Positions 37,495 to 51,403 of a stretch of DNA of 64,000 bases are shown here, piece after piece. The stretch is from Octopus bimaculoides. Lineage: Eukaryota. The stretch's first letter is position 1; each line of letters opens with the position of its first letter. Made by a program: the position numbers and the translations under genes. The stretch spans positions 66,138,638 through 66,202,637 of the forward strand of contig NC_068990.1 in NCBI RefSeq assembly GCF_001194135.2. Reading direction: 5' to 3'. The notes beneath the pieces were generated by a model. The model was not told where the DNA came from, searched no databases, and was given only the letters and a program-made list of their open reading frames with translations.

Positions 37495-38167
37495 GTATCT
37501 CTTCGCCTAAAGTTCGTTTATTCGTAATCAAAGCGTAGCGCTGCTGCTGCTATATGAGTACATATATACATATAAATAAATACATACATACATATATATA
37601 TGCATACATATATATATATATATACATACATATATATATATATAGCGTGCTTTCAATCTACGAAATTCAATTACCCAGTATGCGGTATAGTGGGATTGAA
37701 ACCGAAATCAAAGCGAGCTTCTTAACTACACAGTTAATCCTGGTCTTGAGTATAGGTTAAGTGAAAGCACACAAACCAAACATATGGAGTATTAAATAGA
37801 AAAACAAAACCCTAATCATATAAAGAACAATAGGTCATTAAACAATTAAACAAAACACAGCAATCTATGTATAAAAGGTAATAGCAATATAACAGTTAAA
37901 ATATGTTACAAAAACAACAGGATAAATATCTAACTTACGTTTGGTCTCAAACGTACGAATCACTGAACGTATTTCAGGCAATCGATGTTGATATCTGAAT
38001 TGCATTGTAAACATTAAGAAAATAAACCTTAGGAAAGAAAATCTTACGTCGAACAAATGTATGACACTTTTTCCTCAGTTGACCAAGCATTTACGCAAAG
38101 GTAACATTAAGGTGTATGGAGCAAATCTCGATATAAGTCAATCAGTTGATATGAACTACCATTTCCT

Positions 38168-38236
<69 letters not shown>

Positions 38237-39074
38237 ATGTGTGTGTGTGTGTATAATTTTGAACAAGACTAATAAATAGAAACGAAAGAAGTGAACACAC
38301 GTTCATTTTAAATCTCTCCTTCTCTCTGTTTCTGTCTGTCTATCTGACTATCAATCGATCGATTTCTATATATATATTGTGTGTTATGTGTGTGTGTGTG
38401 AACGCGCGCGTGTAGGAGTATTAATGAATCAATTTATTAGTGTACTCTGCCCTCTCTGTGGAGAGGGTGCCAACGTAAAACTCACCATTCCAGGAACATA
38501 TATACAGATATACAATACGCTTGACAAAGGCAGACAGAGAAGAGAGTGAGAAGGAAAGAAAGTGACTGGGAGAAAAGAGGAGGAGAGAGAAGTACAGGGA
38601 ATAAAATAAAATTAGAGTTCAGTGTTACCTTCCTAATGAAATATCATCGAAAGGTGTGTATGAGTAATAAATGTCTAGAATTTGCCAACAACCATCCGAC
38701 TCAAATAGTTATTGTACGTTATTATAAACGTAAATACACCGTGTTTCTTGATTAATTAGAGTTTCATGAAATATGAATGGAAACAATTTGTTTCGAAGAC
38801 ATCAAGTTGATTACAGCTTAATAACGATATGCAATGCTGGGTAATGGCGGTGGCTTGTGCGGTGATTGACATTGTGTTGGTGCAGTGAGATGAAGTGAGG
38901 TATTTTAACGAGCGAAACTTAAGCAATTACAAGGAATTGTCGAAAATATTTATGGTTGCATGATACTTTTGTGTCAACAGGTTATAATTATTATCTTTAA
39001 AGTCGAACCTTTTCACTGTAATTTATTACAAACCACGCAAAAATAATACAGTTTCCTTGAAGAAGAGAGGATAA

Positions 39075-39076
39075 TG

Positions 39077-39140
<64 letters not shown>

Positions 39141-39343
39141 TGATGATGATGATGACAATGATGATAATTATAATAATACTACTACTAATAATAAAAATAA
39201 TGATAATGTGTTGTTCGTAGGAGTGATATGAAGGAGACAGCAATCTAGGGATGTGATGGATGACGATCAACATCACTTCAGACGTTTGTTAGCCTCTCTA
39301 TTCCACTCAAATTAAATTACTATGGTACGTTATGAGCACACTA

Positions 39344-39412
<69 letters not shown>

Positions 39413-39570
39413 ATACTACTACTATATCTGCTGCTGCAACTACTGCGACTGTTACTATTGCTACTCCCACTACTATTACTACAACACCTGGTTCTGCTAC
39501 TGCTTCTGATGCTGCTGTTATTTCTACTGATCCTTTTATTTCTGCTGCTGTTGCTACTCTTTTCTTATCC
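39075..39570. repeat. (AAT)n/(GAT)n, (TAC)n and degenerate (GCT)n tracts
   Basis: Direct reading. Confidence 0.9.
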
Positions 39571-40179
39571 TAGCATATCATTGTTTTTGTTCTATAAGCG
39601 TTATGCCGGTTTCTACTGCTGCGCCTGGTACTTCACTCTGATCCTGAAGTGAATGCAATATTCTGTTCTTATATTTGTGGGATTGGAGGAGTGAAGCTAC
39701 TTTTAGGTACACTAACCTAGTTTGTTTTGTTGTAATCTGCAATTTTTATTTTTTCGCATTTTCTACGACAGCTAATGATAGTTCATAAGATGAACACAGT
39801 GTGTTTCTTTGTAGGGTTTCCTATTTGGTAGCTAGGTACATATAGAGACGTTCAGCTACATTAATATGTTTACATATATGATTTGTCGAATCTTGTGTCG
39901 GTCATCCCAATACCTGGTGCATTTTCTTTTTAAAAATCACACTTCAGAAGTGGCTTTTTATTAATATATTGAAAGACTTGCGGATATTTTAATATATCTA
40001 GTTATGACGGGTTGCGACTTGACTGCGAATACTGTCTCTCTTTATACATTCCGACTTGATTTGTTCACTCAGAGGCCTTTTTTTTTATTATACAAGCCAA
40101 TATTAGTGTTTCTCTTATGCTAACCATCGCAGTAATGTTTGTTCTAACAGAAGATCCTCGTTTAAGTGGGGATAATTAT

Positions 40180-41170
40180 AAAGTGTTTTGCGGCAATTCT
40201 TTCGGCGTTTGACCATCTGAATTTAAATAGATCTACGGTCAAATTTACTTTTCATTCTTTCGTGGTCGATAAAATAAGTACCAACTGAGCGCAATGGCTC
40301 GATCTTTCATTCTAACCCCTCTCCCAAAATTTCAGACCTTGTGCCTATACGAGAAACGGTTATTGATATTACTACATTTGTGGTGGATTCACAAACGCGC
40401 GCATGGTTTCTGGCCCTTTTATCATCACAATTCAAATTCCGTTGTGCTGAAAGACACGTTCTTACCCTTGTCTGGATTTGAACTCAGAATGTATACGACG
40501 GGCACAAATAGCGCAAGTCCTTTTATCCGATGCTCCAACGATTCTGCCACTCCATCACACTTTATTGTTTCTAACATTGGCAGGTTCTTGAATTCTGAAG
40601 GAATGTAAATCGATTAAACTTTGACCAGTTTTGTTATCTGCCAGTGAGACGAAAGGCAGATTTTACATCTTCAGGATTTGAACTTAGAACGTAAATGGCC
40701 GGAACAAATATCCCAGACATTTCTATACACGCACAGTTGATTTGACCAAAGAGCCACATTCAAAAGATATCAGTAATTATTTGTTCCTAATTTAAGCAAA
40801 AGACCAACGCTTTTGATGGCGAGAGTTAGGACATATCATTGACGCCGATACTTCACTTAATTTTCTCGTTACTGAAAAGATAAAGTAGAGTTCAGCAGGG
40901 TTTCAACTCAGAATTTATCGAACCGAAAACTTCACCTCGACGAAACCAACAAGGTTGCTCTTGAACCAACAATATTATTTCAAATTATGGCATGTTTGAT
41001 AGTTAAGGTTAGTTGATTAAATTGAGTCCACTACTTCATTGGTACTTTATTTTAATGACCTCGAAAGGATGAAAGTCAAAGTCGAACTCGGTGACGTTTG
41101 AATTCAGAACATCAAGAGCCGGAAGATCTGCTAGGAATGTTTTCTGATGTTCCAACCTTTCTGACCGCTT
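40180..41170. mobile_element. Cluster of degraded SINE family A fragments on both strands
   Basis: GTCGATAAAATAAGTACCA (+, about 40265); GGATTTGAACTCAGAA (about 40475 and 40675); GAAAGGATGAAAGTCAAAGTCGAACTCGG (-, about 41063). Confidence 0.7.
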
Positions 41171-42377
41171 CAGCAGCAGAAATAATAATAGAAAACTAGG
41201 AAAGAGGTTACCCATGAAAGATGTTCATTTAGAATACCACAAACCTTACTAAATATTTGGATGCTACTGTTGCACTATTTTTATTGATTTCAGACAAGAC
41301 AAGGTAACCATTATGTATAACAGTAGCAGTCGTATCACACTTAATACGAAATCATCACAGGAAGGGTAATTTACTACGGTTTTCGTCTGGAGACAATATT
41401 TCTTATGGATGTAGTGAGTTTAAAAACATGAGAGCCTAAGCTGTCCAGCAGCGGTTGAGGGAGTGCTACATACAAGATGCACCCTTCTGCTTTCGTTGTA
41501 TTTACTGATTTTTATACAACCCGGTGGCTAGTTGCAACATCGGTGATTTTTTAAATCACTGTTTGTCTATATCAGTATCGACGGATATAGTGTTGGCATG
41601 TCATTAATAGTGACAAAACCAAAAAAGACAGAAATACGAATCTATCATTTTCATCTTTGGAAGCACTGTGTCCATGAATGAAATTATCTCCGGAAAAATA
41701 CTGCAGTTAATTTGCGTTTTCATGAGGAATTCACAGATAGCTACAATTAAGTAGATTCTCAAATAAAGCAGTTATCAGAGATTAAACAATAATTTTCGAA
41801 AATTTTCATCTCGTTTTGTCATTTGAAATATACTTCCAATCAGTTTCTCAGTCATAAATAAATATTTTTCACATAAAATTTTAAAATCTTTACCATTTAT
41901 CAATTTGCGTATACGTGCGTGCGTGCGTTCGAGTATGTGTATGTGTGCATGTGTGTGTGCAGAATGTGTGTGTGTATGTGCGTATGCACTTGTGTGTATG
42001 TGTGAGTTAGTAGCTGTTTTTGTCGATTGCATAGAAAGAAAATGAAAACAGCAAGAATTGTTTGTTATTTTTAAAGTCTGTGTTTGTGTGTGTTTATGCG
42101 TGTGCTACAGTATATGTCCGTGTCAATGTATGCATATGTATAATGCGTGTGTGTATGTGTATGTATGCATTAATAAGTATGTGTTTGCATATGCGTGTGT
42201 GAGTGTGTGCGCGTGTATTTGTGTGTCAGTACGTTCGTGGTAGGGAATAAAAATTTAGCGTCTAGTATATATGAGTATGAAACTAGTTTAAGTGCACAAA
42301 AACATCCGCTTGCATATGCATACATATATTTACATATATTTACACCCCCCACACACATACGCACACACACACATACC

Positions 42378-42439
<62 letters not shown>

Positions 42440-43503
42440 NNNNNNNNNNNNNNNNNNNNNNNNNNNNNNNNNNNNNNNNNNNNNNNNNNNNNNNNNNNNN
42501 NNNNNNNNNNNNNNNNNNNNNNNNNNNNNNNNNNNNNNNNNNNNNNNNNNNNNNNNNNNNNNNNNNNNNNNNNNNNNNNNNNNNNNNNNNNNNNNNNNNN
42601 NNNNNNNNNNNNNNNNNNNNNNNNNNNNNNNNNNNNNNNNNNNNNNNNNNNNNNNNNNNNNNNNNNNNNNNNNNNNNNNNNNNNNNNNNNNNNNNNNNNN
42701 NNNNNNNNNNNNNNNNNNNNNNNNNNNNNNNNNNNNNNNNNNNNNNNNNNNNNNNNNNNNNNNNNNNNNNNNNNNNNNNNNNNNNNNNNNNNNNNNNNNN
42801 NNNNNNNNNNNNNNNNNNNNNNNNNNNNNNNNNNNNNNNNNNNNNNNNNNNNNNNNNNNNNNNNNNNNNNNNNNNNNNNNNNNNNNNNNNNNNNNNNNNN
42901 NNNNNNNNNNNNNNNNNNNNNNNNNNNNNNNNNNNNNNNNNNNNNNNNNNNNNNNNNNNNNNNNNNNNNNNNNNNNNNNNNNNNNNNNNNNNNNNNNNNN
43001 NNNNNNNNNNNNNNNNNNNNNNNNNNNNNNNNNNNNNNNNNNNNNNNNNNNNNNNNNNNNNNNNNNNNNNNNNNNNNNNNNNNNNNNNNNNNNNNNNNNN
43101 NNNNNNNNNNNNNNNNNNNNNNNNNNNNNNNNNNNNNNNNNNNNNNNNNNNNNNNNNNNNNNNNNNNNNNNNNNNNNNNNNNNNNNNNNNNNNNNNNNNN
43201 NNNNNNNNNNNNNNNNNNNNNNNNNNNNNNNNNNNNNNNNNNNNNNNNNNNNNNNNNNNNNNNNNNNNNNNNNNNNNNNNNNNNNNNNNNNNNNNNNNNN
43301 NNNNNNNNNNNNNNNNNNNNNNNNNNNNNNNNNNNNNNNNNNNNNNNNNNNNNNNNNNNNNNNNNNNNNNNNNNNNNNNNNNNNNNNNNNNNNNNNNNNN
43401 NNNNNNNNNNNNNNNNNNNNNNNNNNNNNNNNNCACACACGCACACACACACACACACACACACGCGCGCGCACACACACAAATGTACACACACACACGC
43501 ATG

Positions 43504-43545
<42 letters not shown>

Positions 43546-43552
43546 ATATATA

Positions 43553-43585
<33 letters not shown>

Positions 43586-44679
43586 GTGTATATATATTAC
43601 ATATGTGTGCGTGTGTGGTATGTGTACGTGTGTGTATATATGTACATATGTAGATATATATATGTGTATGTGCGTGTATGTAATCGATTCTAATTTTCTT
43701 CCCTAATGATGTACAAGTAGCACATATATTCATACGTACATAAATACTACGCACACGCGCTCACGCTCAACTGGATGTATATGTGTGTTGTGTGTGTGTG
43801 TGTGTGTGTGCTTACACGCATATATGTAGTAATATGCAAGTATATACAACTTACGCATGCACAAAATTAAGACTATGAAATAGCGACAATTTACACATTG
43901 CACCTTGTATGTATGTATGTATGTATGTGTATATATNNNNNNNNNNNNNNNNNNNNNNNNNNNNNNNNNNNNNNNNNNNNNNNNNNNNNNNNNNNNNNNN
44001 NNNNNNNNNNNNNNNNNNNNNNNNNNNNNNNNNNNNNNNNNNNNNNNNNNNNNNNNNNNNNNNNNNNNNNNNNNNNNNNNNNNNNNNNNNNNNNNNNNNN
44101 NNNNNNNNNNNNNNNNNNNNNNNNNNNNNNNNNNNNNNNNNNNNNNNNNNNNNNNNNNNNNNNNNNNNNNNNNNNNNNNNNNNNNNNNNNNNNNNNNNNN
44201 NNNNNNNNNNNNNNNNNNNNNNNNNNNNNNNNNNNNNNNNNNNNNNNNNNNNNNNNNNNNNNNNNNNNNNNNNNNNNNNNNNNNNNNNNNNNNNNNNNNN
44301 NNNNNNNNNNNNNNNNNNNNNNNNNNNNNNNNNNNNNNNNNNNNNNNNNNNNNNNNNNNNNNNNNNNNNNNNNNNNNNNNNNNNNNNNNNNNNNNNNNNN
44401 NNNNNNNNNNNNNNNNNNNNNNNNNNNNNNNNNNNNNNNNNNNNNNNNNNNNNNNNNNNNNNNNNNNNNNNNNNNNNNNNNNNNNNNNNNNNNTGACTTG
44501 ATTCATTTGAAAAAAAACCGTTAGAGAATTGGACGCTGCCGAAGAGATATGATAAATGAGGTGGATGTGTTCGGGAAAAATTTTCAAGGCTGTATTCCAG
44601 CATGGCCACTTTCCAATGATTGAAAGAAATAAAAGGTTAAAAGATTAAAAAAAATTACTGATTCACTATAAATAATGAT

Positions 44680-44890
44680 TTCAAATGTTGGAATAAAGCC
44701 AGCAGCTTATGAGAGGAAGGGGTAAGTTGATTAGGTCAACTTCAGTTGTCAACTCGTATTTATTCTATAAGCCCCGCTATATGACAAGCAAAGCTGAGCT
44801 CATCAGAATTTGAACTCAAACGTAAGGGCAAGGGAAATGCTGCTAAGCATTTTGCCAGGCGTACTAACAATTCTTCCAACTCGCCGCCTG
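44680..44890 (-). mobile_element. SINE family A copy
   Basis: GAATTTGAACTCAAAACGTAAG...AAGCATTTTGCCAGGCGTACTAACAATTCTTCCAACTCGCCGCC is the reverse complement of the head. Confidence 0.8.
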
Positions 44891-47254
44891 TAATCTTTAA
44901 ATACTGAAAAGACGAAATACTCAGAATAAGATATTCAAATGAGTCCAGTATCATTTGAACACAAACCGTAAATCTTACAGAGTTTGTACCAAATACTATC
45001 AATAAGTCCAATCCACAAAGTCTCAGCAAGCACGCACTCACACAAAAAAAGTTACAAGATAGAATTCTCGAGCTGCTGCGGAGTCCATGAAGTGTAAAAC
45101 GAAACTTAAAATCCTGAAAATCTATGCGTGTGTTGCATGCGTAACTGTTACATCAAACACAACATAAATTAATGAAAGATCGAACTTGGGAAGTATAGAG
45201 AGAAGAATTGAAGTTAGTGCAAGGAAGCGAATGAATTGTAAGGAAAGAATGGAGATAATATATTTCGTGATAATGCTTGTACTGTTCTATAGCTGTACCA
45301 TCATAAATTGAATGACAAGGGAGGTTCTAAGATTGGATGCCAAACACTGGAAAACTAATCATAATATAGAGAGTGCATCACATAAAGTTAGGTGTCTATT
45401 GGTTTTATATATAAAAAGAGAATTTGGAATGAGATGATTAGCACAGATAGAATTGAAATACAAATCAGCAACAATTGGATTGTGAAAGTATATCTGAATG
45501 ATAATGAAAATGAACGCTGCTTGAAATATTAGATAACAGTTGAAAGAGAAGTCGTTCGTTTCCTTCCATCTATAAAGAGGTAATACGATTTGCAGTTTAA
45601 GTCAAAATAGAAATGCTATAGAAAGAAAAAATAAAACAACGCCAGTAAGTTTAATTTCGTATGAGAGTAAGCTAAGATGCAAATATGATGTCACTAAGAA
45701 CGGGGAAAGAGATCGGGAAATACTTAGGGGAAGTGACAATGTAAAGTTGATGATTATGGGATATGAATGGTCAAATGAATAGCTATATGGCGGAGAATGG
45801 GGGCGGCTTTTTGGGTGTAGACGATCTGGTACGGTTGATTACACATTCAACATGTTTTAATGATAGTACATTTATGGCACTGGAGACAAACACAAACACG
45901 AACGCAGCTAAAATACACACTAACAGATAGAAGGAGTAAGAGAGGAACAGGGAGAGAAAGGAGAGAAAGAAGGAGAGAGATCGAAGGAGAAAAAGGAGAA
46001 CGAGAGAGAGAGATATTAAAATTTAATAACTAAACACGACTAACATAAACACTTACCATCTCCTCACACACATAATGAGAAATATGCTCACACATATAAA
46101 CAAAAAGAGTGGGGGCGAAGAGAAAACTGAAGGAAAATTAAAGCGAGTGGAACACTGAAACATCTGATGTCAAATAAGTCAGCTTTGAATTAGCGCCGCT
46201 AATCAGGCGGCTCCAAAACGGCTTTGCCTAAACGTCTCATACATGCTATATGGAACATTGTCAAACATATATTGTCATACTCATTGAAGATGGGAAAAGT
46301 GTCACTTAAAGTTGCTTAATCGTTTGATGGTAGACTGAAGGAAAAAAAAAAAAAACGTTAGAAAATGAAAACAAACTCTGAATTAAATTTCGAACGGCAA
46401 AAATTTGGTAGTGATGTAAAATGACCAGTTGGGATATCATATTTAGAATCAGTAGCAAATGCTTGTTGCTGGAAGATATTGGTGGTCAGAGTGAATTTAT
46501 GAACTAATTAAACAGAAACTCACAATACTAGAGAAAACTGAACTGAGGACATTCACAGATACAACAAGACAGTCGAACATTTTCGCTTGGAAATATCAAG
46601 ATATAAAAAGAACAACTCATTATTCTAAGATACTTATTAAAAATTTAAAAAATGGAGCAGCATTTGAAATAGACTGCAAACACCGACGGGGAATTCTTGG
46701 CTAATTGACATGGTGCAGTCATAAAAGACCGTAGAACGAAAAATTTCATCATGACTGTAATATGTGATGTCTCATGGGCATGGACATATCAACCAAGAAA
46801 ACACAAAGTAACAAAGAAAAAAAAAAGAACAACATTTATAACATATAGAAGATATCATAACAGTATCTACTATGATAGGAGTTATGACAGTGATATAATA
46901 GGAAATGCCTTAAATCTAAGCACGTCACCAAGTAACCCTTATACTTTCAATTTTGCAGAAAATAATACCCCCTAAGATGAAACTCATCATTAGGAAAACT
47001 TTAATAGGAGAATAAAAGTATGATATTAAACATGATTGACTTGTAATCGAAGAAATATATATATATATAAGCAATGTTAAATCTCTATATATATAATGAT
47101 GATAATTTCAACGATATATCTGAAATATTAAAGTTGTCTACAAAACCATTTTGTGATGATACAAAGAGGAAGAGAGAGAATATATCGCACCTCTTTCCTC
47201 TTTTTATTAAATTCTCTGATACAGTTTCAGAGACTTTTTAATATTTTCTGGTTG

Positions 47255-47637
47255 AAGGCGGCGAGCTGGCAGAAGCGTTAGCGAGCCGGGTGAAGTGCTT
47301 AGCGGTATTTCGTGTGCCGTTACGTTCTGAGTTCCAATTTCGCCGAGGTCGACTTAACCTTTCATACTTTCGGGTTTGATAAATTAAATACTAGTAACTC
47401 ACTGGGGGTCGATGTAATCGACTTAATCCCTTTGACTGTCCTTGTATGTCCCCTCTATGTTTAGCTCCTTGTGGGCAATAAAGAAATAAGAAACGTTACC
47501 TCGCCGAGCGAAATACTTTGCCTTTCATCGTTTCGGGGTCGATAAATTAAGTACCAGTTGCGTACTGAGGCCGATCTAATCGACTAGGCCCCTTCCCCAA
47601 AATTTTGGGCCTTGTACCTAGAGTAGAAAAGAATATT
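47255..47637 (+). mobile_element. Compound SINE family A (full unit followed by a second partial unit)
   Basis: GGCGGCGAGCTGGCAGAAGCGTTAG...GGGGTCGATGTAATCGACT, then GAAACGTTACCTCGCCGAGCGAAATAC and a second TTTGCCTTTCATCGTTTCGGGGTCGATAAATTAAGTACCAG. Confidence 0.85.
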
Positions 47638-48634
47638 TTCTAGTTGTTTATCAATGACATTAAGGTAACCTTTAAATTGGATAGGTGAACATTTTGTGCT
47701 TGCTTTCAGAGATGTACTACAGCTTTGTTTTATGAACAAAATTCATACCAGAAATAGTAATCGTGATATTATTAATTATAATAACAATGATACTCTATAA
47801 AATTCTAAATCTCCAGCATGTGACAATGTTTCAGTAGAGTGGGAAACGTACCCGTCCAGATTGAGAAGTATATCAGAGACAATTGCTCAGATATAATCAA
47901 ATAAAAAAGAATAGGAAGAAAATAAAAAAAAAAGAAAGGAAGCCTTGTTTTAGACTGATTGATGTATTGATCCGTTCGGTTTGAAATATTTTTCAAGAAA
48001 GAAGTCAAATTGCTGTCTCAGTAGACGCTTTTGGACGCTTTCTATATTAAATATACTAAAACATATTTAGATTTTTGTGAAGAGCTTCTCAAGTTCAATT
48101 GAAATCATGTGTTTTCCACATTTTCAATAAATAAATACGATTTGACGAATAAAGAAATATGCAGTCATATTTCAATTGTGAGAATATATAAATAGGTGAA
48201 CGGCAATCTCAATAATATAACGGAATGTTTTGAAATGGGTAATTATTTAAAACAATTTTAAATCTCTTACAGATTGTTATCCAACAATGGATCAAATGCA
48301 GTTGTTAAAACGTTATCTTCAATATTCTTTCATGTATTTCGTACCTATTCATTATTGTAAGTCTTTACTCAACGTGGGGGAACTGAGCACATTTTATGGA
48401 GGACGATGTCTTATGTGGTGAAATAGATCTTTCAACTCGATGTCATGGCGTTGGCTCTCTTTCATATAATTAAATGGATTTTAAAAATGTATCAAGAAGC
48501 GAAGTGAAAAAAGAAAACTGAAAAACGTTTCGATGATGGAAAACACTGTCGCCTTGAAAAAAAACTGAATTAGTCATTACTTAAATCATTACTAAAAAAC
48601 AATGAACTGTTCGTTGTTAGCTCTACATTGACAG

Positions 48635-48990
48635 GTCATGTGGGTATTACATAGTAGTGGGTCTGAAGAAACCATATTAATACGTACACATCATGTCCGT
48701 CAAACTGAATATCATAGTCGGCCCGATGGTCATCACGATAAGGCTCATTATCATACGGATCGCATTCATCATAACCAGATAGATTACCTTCATGAAAATT
48801 ATTATCTATTTAATCCTTATCATTTCAATAGCCCTGTCAAAAATGAAACAAAGAGCCTCACTGGACGATTTGTAGTGAAGTTTCACGCAAGTCACATGAT
48901 ATGTCTTCTCTCGTTATTCTGGAACCTAGCAGTAAATGTTAGATCATATTGCCCTGATGACTCTTATAATACCGAATCAAACCCCGAGAT
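48635..48990 (+). CDS. Candidate His-rich exon (phase 0-2)
   Basis: TTGACAG acceptor, GTTAGT donor, inside the 120-codon ORF 48638-49000 with a roughly 6-aa His-rich period. Confidence 0.25.
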
Positions 48991-49349
48991 GTTAGTGTAA
49001 TGACAAAGTTCTCACTCAATTCTCCACCATATTCTTTATTTAATTAATTTTAACGAATTAAAATTTGTCACTCCCGCCTTTCCTAACTAAAATTAGACAG
49101 GAAGATAATGAGTTTTTCCCATCACACTTGGTGTGATTTTAAAGAATTAATATTACGTGCTACATGTGCAAGCTCCCGGTTTTCAGTAATATGGATAATG
49201 TCATGATTGTGTTTGCTCATGGATAACTCACACCTTCCTTATAACACATGCCAACTGGTGTGAGGCGACGTATGAATGAAGCGAAGAATCATATTAGCAC
49301 ACAGATACACTCACACACAAACATTATTTCCCTATTAAGAATTCTTTCT

Positions 49350-49505
49350 ATTATAGTCCCATGGCCTGAACTTTTGGGGAAGGAAGCTAGTCGATTACGT
49401 AGACCCTAACTCTCAACCGGTACTTTTATTATCGACCCCAAATGGTTAAAAGGTAAAGTCGACCTTGGAGCAATTTGTACTCAGAACATAAGAACCGACG
49501 AAATC
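49350..49505 (-). mobile_element. SINE family A fragment
   Basis: GGTACTTTTATTATCGACCCC...AAAGGTAAAGTCGACCTTGGAGCAATTTGTACTCAGAAC. Confidence 0.75.
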
Positions 49506-49599
49506 CTGCCTTATCACCCTATTAATAATTCCATAGTTCTGTATTGCTTATGGATAGCCCCACGCATTACAAGAACAAATTATTTGCAAACAAGATCAT

Positions 49600-50395
49600 A
49601 ACCGTCCCATCAACATACACACCACACCCCATCACGCACCACAATCACTCAGTTGATGTGCCTTCTGGTGACGTTTAACACCACCTGCTGACTGACAGCT
49701 TTTAAAAGACCAGGGACAGATATTATTCGAGTTTCTTCTATATCTTTGCCCTTGGAATCTGATTATGAAGGAACGTTTTTGTGAATGAGCATGTCTTTTC
49801 AGTCCAGATATTGTCTTACAAGTTTTGTGATATATAACACATGTCACTTCATATGATTCATGTATCCTGCTTTTGACAACAGAGAACGGTCACATATAAT
49901 ACATATCCAATGTTCACTGTTGATTACAGTTCCATTTGTTCCTTTTAGGCTTAGAGTGCTAAATCATCTATTCCTCCTAGGCGTTGCAACCAGTCTTAAC
50001 AACGCTTCTCAACTTGTTTCGATCTAGAACATCATTTTTCCAATCACTATTGTTCATATCTAGTTTTTTCAGGTTTTGCTTCACACTTCAAGAGAACATA
50101 TGATGAAGATTGCTATCCAAAACCTTGCAGCAATAAACTATAAAAACGTTTAATGTCTTTCCTGTCATAGGCCGCCTGTACTTCTTCAGACAAATTTCTT
50201 CACCAGGTGTCTTTAAGCCTCCTGAGTTCTTTTCGCAAATCTGCTTTCCGAGACTTGTACAACTTTTCTAATTGCATTTTTGTTCTTAAGGTTTGGGTCA
50301 AGAAGCTTTTCATGAGTGGCCCTATTTGTTGCGAAAAGCTCATTTATCACTGTATCATTGGAATCAAACCAGTCTCGGTGCTGTCTCCTCTTAAA

Positions 50396-50400
<5 letters not shown>
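49600..50400 (-). pseudogene. RTE LINE remnant with the RT domain internally deleted
   Basis: FKRRQHRDWFDSNDTVINEL (post-endonuclease) ...FYSLLLQGFG*QSSSYVLLK joins directly to VKQNLKKLDMNNSDWKNDVLDRNKLRSVVKTG (C-terminal), followed by two C2H2-like motifs. Confidence 0.75.
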
Positions 50401-50427
<27 letters not shown>

Positions 50428-51403
50428 ATACACACACACACACANNNNNNNNNNNNNNNNNNNNNNNNNNNNNNNNNNNNNNNNNNNNNNNNNNNNNNNN
50501 NNNNNNNNNNNNNNNNNNNNNNNNNNNNNNNNNNNNNNNNNNNNNNNNNNNNNNNNNNNNNNNNNNNNNNNNNNNNNNNNNNNNNNNNNNNNNNNNNNNN
50601 NNNNNNNNNNNNNNNNNNNNNNNNNNNNNNNNNNNNNNNNNNNNNNNNNNNNNNNNNNNNNNNNNNNNNNNNNNNNNNNNNNNNNNNNNNNNNNNNNNNN
50701 NNNNNNNNNNNNNNNNNNNNNNNNNNNNNNNNNNNNNNNNNNNNNNNNNNNNNNNNNNNNNNNNNNNNNNNNNNNNNNNNNNNNNNNNNNNNNNNNNNNN
50801 NNNNNNNNNNNNNNNNNNNNNNNNNNNNNNNNNNNNNNNNNNNNNNNNNNNNNNNNNNNNNNNNNNNNNNNNNNNNNNNNNNNNNNNNNNNNNNNNNNNN
50901 NNNNNNNNNNNNNNNNNNNNNNNNNNNNNNNNNNNNNNNNNNNNNNNNNNNNNNNNNNNNNNNNNNNNNNNNNNNNNNNNNNNNNNNNNNNNNNNNNNNN
51001 NNNNNNNNNNNNNNNNNNNNNNNNNNNNNNNNNNNNNNNNNNNNNNNNNNNNNNNNNNNNNNNNNNNNNNNNNNNNNNNNNNNNNNNNNNNNNNNNNNNN
51101 NNNNNNNNNNNNNNNNNNNNNNNNNNNNNNNNNNNNNNNNNNNNNNNNNNNNNNNNNNNNNNNNNNNNNNNNNNNNNNNNNNNNNNNNNNNNNNNNNNNN
51201 NNNNNNNNNNNNNNNNNNNNNNNNNNNNNNNNNNNNNNNNNNNNNNNNNNNNNNNNNNNNNNNNNNNNNNNNNNNNNNNNNNNNNNNNNNNNNNNNNNNN
51301 NNNNNNNNNNNNNNNNNNNNNNNNNNNNNNNNNNNNNNNNNNNNNNNNNNNNNNNNNNNNNNNNNNNNNNNNNNNNNNNNNNNNNNNNNNNNNNNNNNNN
51401 NNA

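Noticed and set aside
38817-38884. Hydrophobic mini-exon LNNDMQCWVMAVACAVIDIVLV
   Set aside because: Weak splice sites, and not phase-compatible with neighbouring candidates.
41294-41413. TTTCAG ... GTGAGT exon-like pair
   Set aside because: All three frames between these two sites contain stops; shorter alternatives are arbitrary.
46189-46203. Palindrome ATTAGCG-C-CGCTAAT
   Set aside because: A 7-bp inverted repeat is expected by chance in 64 kb.
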